From assembly GCA_965214705.1 (NCBI GenBank), contig CBDCCI010000002.1:1056001-1120000 (forward strand): DNA of 64,000 nt. The letters are read 5' to 3'. This stretch comes from Alphaproteobacteria bacterium (GTDB taxonomy: Bacteria > Pseudomonadota > Alphaproteobacteria > UBA828). The notes beneath the pieces were generated by a model. It searched no databases, was not told where the DNA came from, and was given only the letters and a program-made list of their open reading frames with translations. Within the stretch, counting starts at the first letter, position 1. Each line of letters opens with the position of its first letter. Below, one piece after another: positions 30,798 to 39,979 of the stretch. The translations under genes and the position numbers were made by a program.

Positions 30798-32066
30798 GTG
30801 GACGCATTCGTCTATCGGGAAGAGAACGGCAGCCGCGTTCTCCACGCCGAGGGAGTCTCGCTCCCCGCCATCGCGGCGCAGTTCGGCACGCCGACCTATT
30901 GCTACGCGAACGCGGTCCTCGTCGCCCGCTACCAAGCGCTCGCTGCGGCCACGCCGAACGCGCTCGTCTGCTACGCGGTCAAGGCCAACGACACCCTTGC
31001 GGTGATCCGCACGTTTGGCCGCCTGGGCGCCGGCGCCGATATCATCTCGGGCGGCGAGCTGCGCTGCGCGCTCCGGGCCGGCATCGCGCCGGATCGCCTG
31101 GTGTTCGCCGGGCCCGGCAAGACGCGGGACGAGATGGATCTGGCGCTCGCTACCGGGGTCGGGCAGTTCAACGTCGAATCGCCGGCCGAACTCGAAGCCC
31201 TAGATGCTGCTGCCCGCGCCGTCGGCACGCGTGCGCCGGTCGCGCTCCGCGTCAACCCGGACGTCGATGCCGAAACCCATGACAAGATCGCCACCGGCCG
31301 GCGGGGCGACAAGTTCGGGATCGACGACGCGGAGATTCCGGCGCTCTACGCCAGAGCCGCCGCGCTAGAAGGCATCGAGCCGGTCGGCCTTGCCGTGCAC
31401 ATCGGCTCGCAGCTCTCGCGGCTCGCGCCGTTCGAGGCCGCCTTCGACCGGCTCATCGCACTGGTGGAGGGTCTGCGCGAGGCCGGACACCCGGTGACCC
31501 GGCTTAATCTCGGCGGTGGCCTTGGCGTGCGCTACCGGGACGAGACGCCGCCCGATGTCGAGGCCTACGGCGCGCTGGTCGAGCGCGTCCGCCAGCGCTT
31601 GGGCGTGACGCTGGTGATCGAGCCCGGCCGCTGGCTGGTGGCGCCGGCAGGCGTCCTGCTCACCCGGGTGATTACGGTCAAGCAGGCCGGCGCGCGTTGC
31701 TGGGCCATCGTCGACGCCGCCATGAACGACCTGATGCGTCCCGCGCTCTACGACGCATGGCATGGCATTGCGCCGGTAGCGGAGCCTGCGCCCGGTGCCG
31801 GAACGGTCGAGACCGATGTCGCCGGGCCGGTCTGCGAGAGCGGAGACGTGCTGGGTCGGGGGCGGGCGCTACCCCCGCTTGCCGCCGGCGACCTGCTGGC
31901 GGTGCGCGATGTCGGCGCCTATGGCTCGGTCATGGCATCGACCTACAACGGGCGGCCGCTGGCGGCCGAGGTCATGGTGCGGGGCGACGCGCTCGCCTGT
32001 ATCCGGCCGCGTCAGGACCACGAGGCGTTGCTGGCGCGCGACGAGGTTCCGTCCTGGCTCGCTTGA
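30798..32066 (+). CDS. lysA: Diaminopimelate decarboxylase
   Basis: YAVKAN, LRVNPDV..HDKIATG...KFG, HIGSQ, GGGLG, EPGR, GPVCESGD. Confidence 0.95.
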   Translation: MDAFVYREENGSRVLHAEGVSLPAIAAQFGTPTYCYANAVLVARYQALAAATPNALVCYAVKANDTLAVIRTFGRLGAGADIISGGELRCALRAGIAPDRLVFAGPGKTRDEMDLALATGVGQFNVESPAELEALDAAARAVGTRAPVALRVNPDVDAETHDKIATGRRGDKFGIDDAEIPALYARAAALEGIEPVGLAVHIGSQLSRLAPFEAAFDRLIALVEGLREAGHPVTRLNLGGGLGVRYRDETPPDVEAYGALVERVRQRLGVTLVIEPGRWLVAPAGVLLTRVITVKQAGARCWAIVDAAMNDLMRPALYDAWHGIAPVAEPAPGAGTVETDVAGPVCESGDVLGRGRALPPLAAGDLLAVRDVGAYGSVMASTYNGRPLAAEVMVRGDALACIRPRQDHEALLARDEVPSWLA

Positions 32067-32092
32067 GCGCCAATCCGCCGCGGCGCGCGGCG

Positions 32093-32710
32093 TCAGTCCG
32101 CATCATCGGCGACGAAGCCGACCGAAACTTTCGCTGCTCCCTCCGGCGGATTCTCGAGCCAGCTCTCGAAGGGTGTCGATTGCCCACCGTCCAGAACGCG
32201 CGTCAGCGCCGCCACAGGCCATTGATGCAACTCGGCGCCCGCTCCATCGGCGAGCACCGCGCGCAGCGGCGGCAGACGGCGGCCCTTCTCCGTGGTGTTC
32301 TCGACAAGCCCGCGCACGAGCAGAATGATCCTGTCGCCGTCCTTCACCCGTTCCGACTGCACGTCGACGATGCGCAGGCCCTGCGGTTGCGGCGCCTGGA
32401 TTGGCAGGCCGACGGCATCGTAAATGCTGACCGTGCCCGGCCAGCTCGTGACGATCGCGTTGCGCGCGAGTGCAAGGCCTGCGAGGGCGGCAATAACGAA
32501 GAGCCCTGCCGCGGCCCAGCCCGCCCATGCCGGCGGACGGTCCAGCGGCACCGGAGCCACCCTCGAGTCGGATACGTCGGGCGCATCGGAGCCCGGCGTC
32601 TGGTGCCAGACATGGCCGCAGTTCGTGCATCGCACCCGGCGCCCCGTCTCACCGAGGGCGGCGGGATCGACCAGGTAGCGGGTCCTGCAATTAGAGCAGC
32701 GTACGATCAT
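32093..32710 (-). CDS. MJ0042-type zinc-ribbon / DUF3426 membrane protein
   Basis: MIVRCSNCRTRY...GRRVRCTNCGHVW, a TM helix, then a periplasmic domain (PPLRAVLAD...W). Confidence 0.85.
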   Translation of the reverse strand: MIVRCSNCRTRYLVDPAALGETGRRVRCTNCGHVWHQTPGSDAPDVSDSRVAPVPLDRPPAWAGWAAAGLFVIAALAGLALARNAIVTSWPGTVSIYDAVGLPIQAPQPQGLRIVDVQSERVKDGDRIILLVRGLVENTTEKGRRLPPLRAVLADGAGAELHQWPVAALTRVLDGGQSTPFESWLENPPEGAAKVSVGFVADDAD

Positions 32711-32858
32711 GGGGAGCCGCGCGGGCGTCCTCTCTTCGAATCACGGCCTGTCACACGAGCATTCCGACCAAGTCACCTCGCGGCCCGCGCTGTCAAGCCC
32801 AGCGCTCAGTCGCGGCGCGAGCAGGTGCCACGGCCCGGCGCCGCGGCGACGGCCGATC

Positions 32859-33548
32859 ATGGAGTCTAAGCCGCTTCCGGGCGTTCGGCGATGGACGCGC
32901 CGAACCGCACGTGCGGTGCTCGTGGCGGTCGTGGTTCTCGCGCTGCTCTGGTCGGGCGGGCTGGCGTGGTTCGCCGACACGGCGGGTGAGGAGACCCAAC
33001 AACCCGACCTCGCGACCCAGGCCATCGTCGTCCCGACCGGCGGCTCCGGCCGGCTGGAGGAGGGGCTCCGCCTGCTCGAAAGCGGCCTCGCGCAGGCGCT
33101 CTTCGTCACCGGGGTCGCCGAGGGTGTCGAGAGCGCGGAGCTGCGCGTGCGCCACGATCCGGCGCTCTGGGCCTGCTGCGTGGAGCTCGGCTACGAGGCC
33201 GAGGACACCGCGGCGAACGCGCAGGAAGCCGCCGCTTGGATGGCGGCCCGCGCCTTCACCAGCCTCCGCCTGGTCACGAGCGGCTACCACATGCCGCGCG
33301 CCATGATGGAGTTCCGAAGCGCCATGCCAAGTGCTACTCTCGTGGCACATCCTGTATTTCCGGAACACGTCAAGGTCGAGCATTGGTGGCGCTATCGCGG
33401 GACCGCGGCCCTGATCGCGAGCGAGTTCACCAAGTATCTGTGGGCACTGGCGCGCCGGACTCTCGGGTTTGGCAAACGCCGCCGCACACCCTTGGGAACA
33501 CGCTCCGCTCGGTGCTCTGCACGGTCGCATTCTACACTTGGGGGGTGA
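32859..33548 (+). CDS. YdcF/ElyC (DUF218) family protein
   Basis: N-terminal TM, AIVVPTGGSGRL, DTAANAQE, LVTSGYHMPRA, SEFTKY. Confidence 0.87.
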   Translation: MESKPLPGVRRWTRRTARAVLVAVVVLALLWSGGLAWFADTAGEETQQPDLATQAIVVPTGGSGRLEEGLRLLESGLAQALFVTGVAEGVESAELRVRHDPALWACCVELGYEAEDTAANAQEAAAWMAARAFTSLRLVTSGYHMPRAMMEFRSAMPSATLVAHPVFPEHVKVEHWWRYRGTAALIASEFTKYLWALARRTLGFGKRRRTPLGTRSARCSARSHSTLGG

Positions 33549-34252
33549 TGATCGGCACCGTCATGGTGCCGATGCTGCTGACGCCGCGCCCCCTGTTCCG
33601 CCGTTTCGTGGTCACTTGGTCTGCCGGCAACGGCGTCCTGCTCCGTATCATCGCCGGCGTCCATTCCGAGATTCGGAACCGCCAATACAGACCCACGGGC
33701 CCCGCGATCATCGCGTCGAAGCATCAGTCGGAGTGGGAGGCCCACGTCTTCCTGCACGAGCTCGACGACCCCGCCTACGTGATCAAGAAGGAGCTCTCCT
33801 ACGTTCCGGGCTACGGCTGGTTCTCCGCCAAGGTGAACATGATCTTCGTCGATCGCCACGGCGGCGGGAAGTCGCTGCGGTCGCTGGTCAAGGGCGCGAA
33901 GAAAGCCGTGGTACGCGGCCGCCCGGTCGTGATCTTCCCCGAGGGCACGCGGGTGAAGCCGGGGGAGAAACTGCCCTACCGGCCCGGCGTCGCCGCGCTC
34001 TACGGCGCTCTCGACGTGCCGGTCGTGCCGGTGGTTCTCACCTCGGGCATGCACTGGCCCAAGGGCTCGATCAGGCGCTATCCCGGCACCATCGTCATGG
34101 AGTATCTGCCGCCGATCCCGCCGGGGCTGCCGCGACGGGAGTTCCTCGAACGCCTCGAGTCGTCAATGGAGGAGGCGTCGCAGAGGCTCTTTGCGGAAGC
34201 CTGCGGCGCCCCGCAGGAGGAGCCCTCCTCCTCACAGTCCGACGCGGCCTGA
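33512..34252 (+). CDS. plsC: 1-acyl-sn-glycerol-3-phosphate acyltransferase (start uncertain)
   Basis: KHQSEWE (block I variant), IKKEL, FVDR, IFPEGTR, VPVVPV. Confidence 0.88.
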   Translation: MLCTVAFYTWGVMIGTVMVPMLLTPRPLFRRFVVTWSAGNGVLLRIIAGVHSEIRNRQYRPTGPAIIASKHQSEWEAHVFLHELDDPAYVIKKELSYVPGYGWFSAKVNMIFVDRHGGGKSLRSLVKGAKKAVVRGRPVVIFPEGTRVKPGEKLPYRPGVAALYGALDVPVVPVVLTSGMHWPKGSIRRYPGTIVMEYLPPIPPGLPRREFLERLESSMEEASQRLFAEACGAPQEEPSSSQSDAA

Positions 34253-34289
34253 CCCACACGCCCGTCTCGCCGATCGTATCGTCGCTGGT

Positions 34290-34355
34290 TCGCACCATAT
34301 TGAACGAAGAGCACAGTGCGGGTAGAGTGTGTGTTGTGAGAAACAAAGAAAGAAC
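34290..34355. promoter_or_regulatory. nrdJ upstream control region: NrdR-like box and LexA-like box
   Basis: TCGCACCATATTGAAC (34290-34305), a partial NrdR match, and AAAC-AAAGAAA-GAAC (34341-34355), one mismatch to GAAC-N7-GAAC. Confidence 0.5.
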
Positions 34356-34406
34356 ATCTCAGCGCTTCGAGCCGGTGAGCGTTCGCACGGCAGCGGCTGG
34401 TGCACC

Positions 34407-36782
34407 ATGACCGAGATGCTGCCGATCTCGTCCCGTATCTGGGACATGAAGTACCGGCTGAAGGCGGCGGACGGCACGCCCATCGACGGCACGATTGAGG
34501 ATAGCTGGCGGCGGGTGGCCCGCGCGCTCGCCTCGGTCGAGGCCGAGCCCGAGCGCTGGGAGGCCGAGTTCTACAGCGCGCTTGAAGGGTTCAAGTTCCT
34601 GCCCGCCGGCCGCATCCTCGCCGGCGCAGGCGCAGAGCGGCAGGTCACGCTCTTCAACTGCTTCGTGATGGGCCGGATCGCGGACGATATGACCGCGATC
34701 TTCGAGCACCTGAAGGAGGCCGCGCTCACCATGCAGCAGGGCGGCGGCATCGGCTACGACTTCTCGACGCTCCGGCCCAAGGGAGCGCCGGTCAAGGGCG
34801 TCGGCGCCGATGCCTCGGGGCCGCTGCCGTTCATGGATTGCTGGGACGCGATGTGCCGCACCATCATGAGCGCGGGCTTCCGGCGTGGCGCCATGATGGG
34901 CTGCCTGCGCTGCGATCACCCGGACATCGAAGCCTTCATCGAGGCCAAGCGCGACCCCGGCCGGCTCCGCATGTTCAACCTCTCGGTGCTGGTGACCGAT
35001 CCGTTCATGCAGGCGGTCAAGGACAACGCGCCGTGGGAGCTCCGCTTCGAGGGTGTCGTCTACAAGACCGTCTCGGCGCGCGCGCTGTGGGAGCGGGTCA
35101 TCCGCTCGACCTACGCCTATGCCGAGCCCGGCGTGATCTTCATCGACCGGATCAACCGGGCCAACAACCTCGCCTATTGCGAGGAGATTTTCGCGACCAA
35201 TCCCTGCGGCGAGCAGCCGCTGCCGCCCTATGGCGCCTGCCTCCTGGGCTCGATCAACCTGGCGAACCTGGTGCAGGACCCCTTCGAGCCGGGCGCGGCG
35301 CTCGACATGGCGGCGCTGGAGGCGCTCGCCGCAACCGCCGTCAGGATGCTCGACAACGCCATCGACTGCTCGCGCTTCCCCATCGCAGCCCAGCACGAAG
35401 AGGCGCAGGCGAAGCGGCGCATCGGGCTCGGCGTCACCGGGCTCGCCGACGCGCTCATCATGTGCCGCGCGCGCTACGGCAGCGACGCGGCGGACGAGTT
35501 GATCGAGCAGTGGATGGGCGGCCTGCAGCGGGCGGCGTATCTCGCGTCCGCGCGGCTGGCCAGGGAGAAGGGGGCCTTCCCGCTCTACGACGCCGCACGC
35601 TATGCCGAGAGCCCGACGATCCAGCGCCTCGACGACGACGTGCGGGCTGCGATCGCCGCTTCGGGAGTCCGCAACGCGCTGCTCACCTCGGTGGCGCCGA
35701 CCGGCACGATCTCGTTGCTCGCGGGCAACGTCTCCTCCGGCATCGAGCCGGTGTTCAGCTATTCGTACACGCGCAACGTGCTCATGCCGGACGGCACGCG
35801 CCGGGCAGAGTCGGTGGACGACCACGCCTATTTGCTGTTTCGGCGCCTCAAGGGCGACGCGGTACAGCTACCCGACTACTTCGTCGATGCCCAATCGCTG
35901 CGGCCGGCGGATCACCTCGCCGTCCAGGCGCGGGTCCAGGCCTTCGTCGACAGCTCCATCTCCAAGACCATCAATTGCCCGGAGGAGATGGAATTCGACG
36001 ATTTCAAGGACGTCTACATGCGGGCCTACGACCTGGGCTGCAAGGGCTGCACCACCTATCGGCCCAACCCGGTGACCGGCGCGGTGCTCGAAAGTGCGTC
36101 CGGTGCGGAGGAGGGGAGCGACGCCGCGCCTGCTGCCGAGGGCGAAACCGGACCGGTCTCGGCTGAGGTTCACGCCCTGCCCGCCGCGCGGCAAAGCGAG
36201 CTCCCTCTGGAGCCGCCGCCGGCCCGGCCCGCGGATGCCTTCGAGGCCGGCGCCGTGATCCAGATGACCCGGCCGCTGGAGCGGCCGGAGTCGTTGCACG
36301 GCAACACCTACAAGATCCGCTGGCCGGAGAGCGACCACGCCATCTACATCACGATCAACGACATCGTGCGCGACGGGCGGCGGCAGCCCTTCGAGATTTT
36401 CATTAACTCCAAGAACACCGAGCACTATGCCTGGACAGTAGCGTTGACGCGGATGATCAGCGCCGTGTTCCGCCGGGGCGGCGACGTGTCCTTCATCGTT
36501 GAGGAACTCAAGGCGGTCTTCGACCCGAGGGGCGGCCAGTGGATGGGCGGCCACTATGTGCCCTCGATCCTCGCCGCCATCGGCGGCGTGATCGAGCAGC
36601 ACCTGGTGAGCATCGGCGCGCTCGCGCCGCCGGAGACCGCGCGGCTGGAACCGCCATCGGCGGAAGACGGCGACGCGCCGGCACGGGCGGCGCGATTCTG
36701 CGGGCGCTGCGGGCAGCCGGGCCTCCTGCATCGGGAGGGCTGCGATCTCTGCCCCTCCTGCGGCTATTCCAAGTGCGCATGA
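34407..36782 (+). CDS. nrdJ: Adenosylcobalamin-dependent (class II) ribonucleotide reductase with C-terminal TSCPD domain and zinc ribbon
   Basis: PAGRI, TLFNCFV, GGGIGYDFS, RRGAMM, TNPCGEQPL, ACLLGSINL, APTGTIS, SISKTIN, KGCTTYR, C-terminal CGRC...CPSCGYSKC. Confidence 0.95.
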   Translation: MTEMLPISSRIWDMKYRLKAADGTPIDGTIEDSWRRVARALASVEAEPERWEAEFYSALEGFKFLPAGRILAGAGAERQVTLFNCFVMGRIADDMTAIFEHLKEAALTMQQGGGIGYDFSTLRPKGAPVKGVGADASGPLPFMDCWDAMCRTIMSAGFRRGAMMGCLRCDHPDIEAFIEAKRDPGRLRMFNLSVLVTDPFMQAVKDNAPWELRFEGVVYKTVSARALWERVIRSTYAYAEPGVIFIDRINRANNLAYCEEIFATNPCGEQPLPPYGACLLGSINLANLVQDPFEPGAALDMAALEALAATAVRMLDNAIDCSRFPIAAQHEEAQAKRRIGLGVTGLADALIMCRARYGSDAADELIEQWMGGLQRAAYLASARLAREKGAFPLYDAARYAESPTIQRLDDDVRAAIAASGVRNALLTSVAPTGTISLLAGNVSSGIEPVFSYSYTRNVLMPDGTRRAESVDDHAYLLFRRLKGDAVQLPDYFVDAQSLRPADHLAVQARVQAFVDSSISKTINCPEEMEFDDFKDVYMRAYDLGCKGCTTYRPNPVTGAVLESASGAEEGSDAAPAAEGETGPVSAEVHALPAARQSELPLEPPPARPADAFEAGAVIQMTRPLERPESLHGNTYKIRWPESDHAIYITINDIVRDGRRQPFEIFINSKNTEHYAWTVALTRMISAVFRRGGDVSFIVEELKAVFDPRGGQWMGGHYVPSILAAIGGVIEQHLVSIGALAPPETARLEPPSAEDGDAPARAARFCGRCGQPGLLHREGCDLCPSCGYSKCA

Positions 36783-36847
36783 CAATAACGGCTAACGCTT
36801 GAACCCTTAGGGTGCTCTGATTACCGTTCTTCGGACCGAGTCCGTCC

Positions 36848-37903
36848 ATGGGAAGTTCAATGAGGCGCGTCCTCTTGGTGGCGGCCGGTGTCGTCGGCAC
36901 GATAGTGATCGCGGTGGCCGGATATACCGGCTACTGGTTCATCGCCGCGGGCGAGATCGGGGACCGGATCGACGATTGGACCGAGAAGCAGCGGGCCCAA
37001 GGGCTCGAGATCGAGACCGGGGGAATGTTCGTATCGGGCTTTCCCCTTCGCTTCGAGGTCACCCTGCGCGACCCGCGCATTCACGACACGCGGAACGGAT
37101 GGCGCTGGGCCACCGATTCGCTGCGCGCCGAAGCCTCCTCCTGGGACTTCAGCGAGGTCACGGTCTATCCCGACCGCCGCAATGCGGTTCAGGTTCTTGT
37201 GGAAGGCGGGGAATGGCGCGCCATCGACGCGCACATCGGCGGCGGGCAGATGGTCGTCAGGCTGGACGATGACAGGCGCTTCAGGGAGATCGCGCTCGAT
37301 CTGCAGGGGCTTGAGGTCGCTGGCGTGTGGCCGGAGAGGGTTGCCCAGATCGGCAGCCTGCAGGCCAACGGGGTCGCCATCGACGACGACGGGAGCGGCG
37401 AACAAGTCCTGAAGACCTCGATTGCCTTGCGCGATGCCGTGCTCCCGAGCGACCTTGCCGAGGGGCTCGGCGAGAGCCTCGACTTCCTCGATATCGACGC
37501 GAGCGTGGTTGGGTCGATTCCGAGCGAGCGCGGAACCAACGAGGCGATCACCGCCTGGCGAGACGCCGGCGGCACGCTGGAGCTCAACGACTTTCGCGTG
37601 CGCTGGGGGCCGCTCGGGATCGAATCGGCCGGCACCATTGCGCTCGACGGGGCGATGCGCCCCATCGCCGCGCTGACCGCCAACATCATCGGCTACGGCG
37701 ATGTCATCGACGCGCTGATCATGAGCAACATGATCCCCTTGGGCGATGCCTTCATCGCCAAGGTCGCCTTCAACATGCTGGCTGAGAAGCCGGAGGACGG
37801 CGGCCCGCCGGTGCTGCGCGGGGTGCCGGTGACGGCGCAGGACGGCACGCTGACCGTCGCGACGATCAAGGTCGCGGAACTGCCCCCGCTGCCTCTGGAG
37901 TAG
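36848..37903 (+). CDS. DUF2125 domain-containing membrane-anchored protein
   Basis: N-terminal TM ending YTGYWFIAA, then W...QG, SGFPLRFEV, AWRDAGGTLEL, typical of DUF2125. Confidence 0.78.
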   Translation: MGSSMRRVLLVAAGVVGTIVIAVAGYTGYWFIAAGEIGDRIDDWTEKQRAQGLEIETGGMFVSGFPLRFEVTLRDPRIHDTRNGWRWATDSLRAEASSWDFSEVTVYPDRRNAVQVLVEGGEWRAIDAHIGGGQMVVRLDDDRRFREIALDLQGLEVAGVWPERVAQIGSLQANGVAIDDDGSGEQVLKTSIALRDAVLPSDLAEGLGESLDFLDIDASVVGSIPSERGTNEAITAWRDAGGTLELNDFRVRWGPLGIESAGTIALDGAMRPIAALTANIIGYGDVIDALIMSNMIPLGDAFIAKVAFNMLAEKPEDGGPPVLRGVPVTAQDGTLTVATIKVAELPPLPLE

Positions 37904-37935
37904 GGTGGCGCGAGGGGCCCGCGGCGGAGCCGCCT

Positions 37936-38691
37936 CTACGGTTTGGCCAGGACCCCGCCGTCGACAATCAGCTCGGTCCCGGTGACGTACGAGGCTGCGT
38001 CCGACAAGAGGAACAGCGTGGCGTTCGCCATGTCTCGCGTGGTGCCGACGCGACCCAAGGGCACCGCCACCTCCGTCGCCTCCCTGAGCGCGGGATTGTC
38101 GACCCAGCGCCGTTGCATCGGCGTTTCCGTGGGCCCCGGCAGAATGGTGTTGGAGCGGATGCCGTCGCCGGCGAACTGGATCGCGATGGATTTCGACATG
38201 GCGATCAGGCCGGCTTTGGAGGCCTGATAGGCGTCCTGCGGCGCATCGTCGCCGCGCACGCACTGGATGGTGGCGATGTGCACCATCGCGCCGCCGCCCG
38301 TCCGTTTCATCAGCGGCACGGCTTCGCGGGCGGCGAGCAGCGAGCCCTTGAGGTTGATTGCGAGCACGTCGTCCCACACGTCGAGGTCCATGTCCACCAG
38401 CGAGCGATCGCGCCCGAGCAGGAGCACGCCGGCGGCATTTACCAGGTAGTCGAGACGGCCCGCCGCCTCGTAGCAGTCGGCCATCGCCTGGGCCACGTCG
38501 GTCGGGGAGCGCAGGTCGCCCTGCACGTAGTGCGCGTCCGCGGGCAGGTCGTCCGGTGCGGGCTTCACGTCGAAGAACGTCGCCTGGGCGCCGGCGCCGA
38601 TCAGGTCCCGCGCAATCTGAAGCCCCATGCCGCTGCCAGCACCGGTCACGAAGCCGTTTCGGCCGCTGAAATCGGCCTGGATTTGGGTCAT
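37936..38691 (-). CDS. SDR family oxidoreductase
   Basis: TGAGSGMG, LVNAAG, YQASK, IRSNTILPG, YVTGTELIVDGG. Confidence 0.92.
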   Translation of the reverse strand: MTQIQADFSGRNGFVTGAGSGMGLQIARDLIGAGAQATFFDVKPAPDDLPADAHYVQGDLRSPTDVAQAMADCYEAAGRLDYLVNAAGVLLLGRDRSLVDMDLDVWDDVLAINLKGSLLAAREAVPLMKRTGGGAMVHIATIQCVRGDDAPQDAYQASKAGLIAMSKSIAIQFAGDGIRSNTILPGPTETPMQRRWVDNPALREATEVAVPLGRVGTTRDMANATLFLLSDAASYVTGTELIVDGGVLAKP

Positions 38692-38836
38692 CGGTCCCTC
38701 CCTGGGTCAGGAGACGCTTTAGCCGCATTCTCGACCAACCCGCAAGCTGTCACTCGCATTTGCACTGTGGGGCGTATAGTGGAGCAGGTTCCGACGCCCA
38801 GCGATCGTGGGACGTGAAGGGAGCGGCGGAGAACAC

Positions 38837-39886
38837 GTGAGCGGTCTCGACCGCAGGCTGAGCGTCGCGCCAATGATGGCGCGGACCGATCGCCACTGCC
38901 GCTACTTGTTGCGGCTGGTCAGCGCGCGCACGCTCCTCTACAGCGAGATGATCCACGCCAACGCGGTTTTGCGCGGCGATGCCAACCGACTGCTCGCCTT
39001 CGACGACGCGGAGCATCCGGTGGGTCTCCAGCTCGGCGGCGCGGAGCCGGACGCGCTCGCGCGGGCGGCGGAAATCGGCCAGGCCTTCGGCTACGACGAG
39101 ATCAATCTCAATATCGGCTGCCCGAGTCCCCGCGTCCGCAAGGGCCGCTTCGGCGCCGCGCTCATGGCGACCCCCGATCTGGTGGCGGAGTGCGCGCGCG
39201 CCATGATCCGCGCGGTCGCTGTGCCCGTCACGGTCAAGTGCCGCATCGGCATCGACGGGCGGGGTGACTACGAAGATCTGAAGGCCTTCGTCGAAACCGT
39301 CGCCGCCGCTGGCGTGAAGAGCTTCGCCGTGCACGCACGGATTGCCGTGCTCGATGGCCTGAGCCCGGCCGAGAACCGCGAGATTCCGCCGCTTCGCTAC
39401 GACGCTGTCTACCGCCTCAAGCAGGAATTACCGGCGCTGGAGGTAGTCATCAACGGCGGTGTCGCCAGCCTCGACGAGGCGGATGCCCACCTCGATCGGG
39501 TCGACGGCGCTATGATCGGGCGCGCGGCCTACGCCGACCCCGCCATGCTGCGTGATGCCGACCGCCGCATCTTCGGCGCACCGGCGCGCGCCGAGCCGAG
39601 CCGGCACGACATTGCCCGCGCCATGCTGCCCTACGTGCGCCGGATGCGCGCGGACGGCGTGCCGCTCCACCACATCACCCGGCACATGCTCGGGCTGTTC
39701 TCAGGCCAGCCCGGCGGGCGGGCCTGGCGCCGTGCGCTCGGCGAGGCCAGCCAACGCCCCGGTGCCGGCGCCGAGGTCATCGAGGAGGCGCTGACGCTGG
39801 TGCCGGAGCGTGCTGGGCGCGGGGATGCCGGGCGTCGGGACGCGGAACGCGCCCCAAGCGACCGCGCGCTTGCCTCCGCTTCATAA
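38837..39886 (+). CDS. dusA: tRNA-dihydrouridine(20/20a) synthase
   Basis: SVAPMMARTDRHCRY, QLGG, EINLNIGCPS, VTVKCRIG, VHAR, LSPAENREIPPLRY, INGG, MIGRAAY. Confidence 0.94.
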   Translation: MSGLDRRLSVAPMMARTDRHCRYLLRLVSARTLLYSEMIHANAVLRGDANRLLAFDDAEHPVGLQLGGAEPDALARAAEIGQAFGYDEINLNIGCPSPRVRKGRFGAALMATPDLVAECARAMIRAVAVPVTVKCRIGIDGRGDYEDLKAFVETVAAAGVKSFAVHARIAVLDGLSPAENREIPPLRYDAVYRLKQELPALEVVINGGVASLDEADAHLDRVDGAMIGRAAYADPAMLRDADRRIFGAPARAEPSRHDIARAMLPYVRRMRADGVPLHHITRHMLGLFSGQPGGRAWRRALGEASQRPGAGAEVIEEALTLVPERAGRGDAGRRDAERAPSDRALASAS

Positions 39887-39979
39887 CGGGAATCACCCTT
39901 TTATCGGGTCGTCCGACCGCTAAGATGGCGCGGCCGCGGCCGCAAGCGCCGCGAATAGCATGTGTGGGGACAGGGGGCG

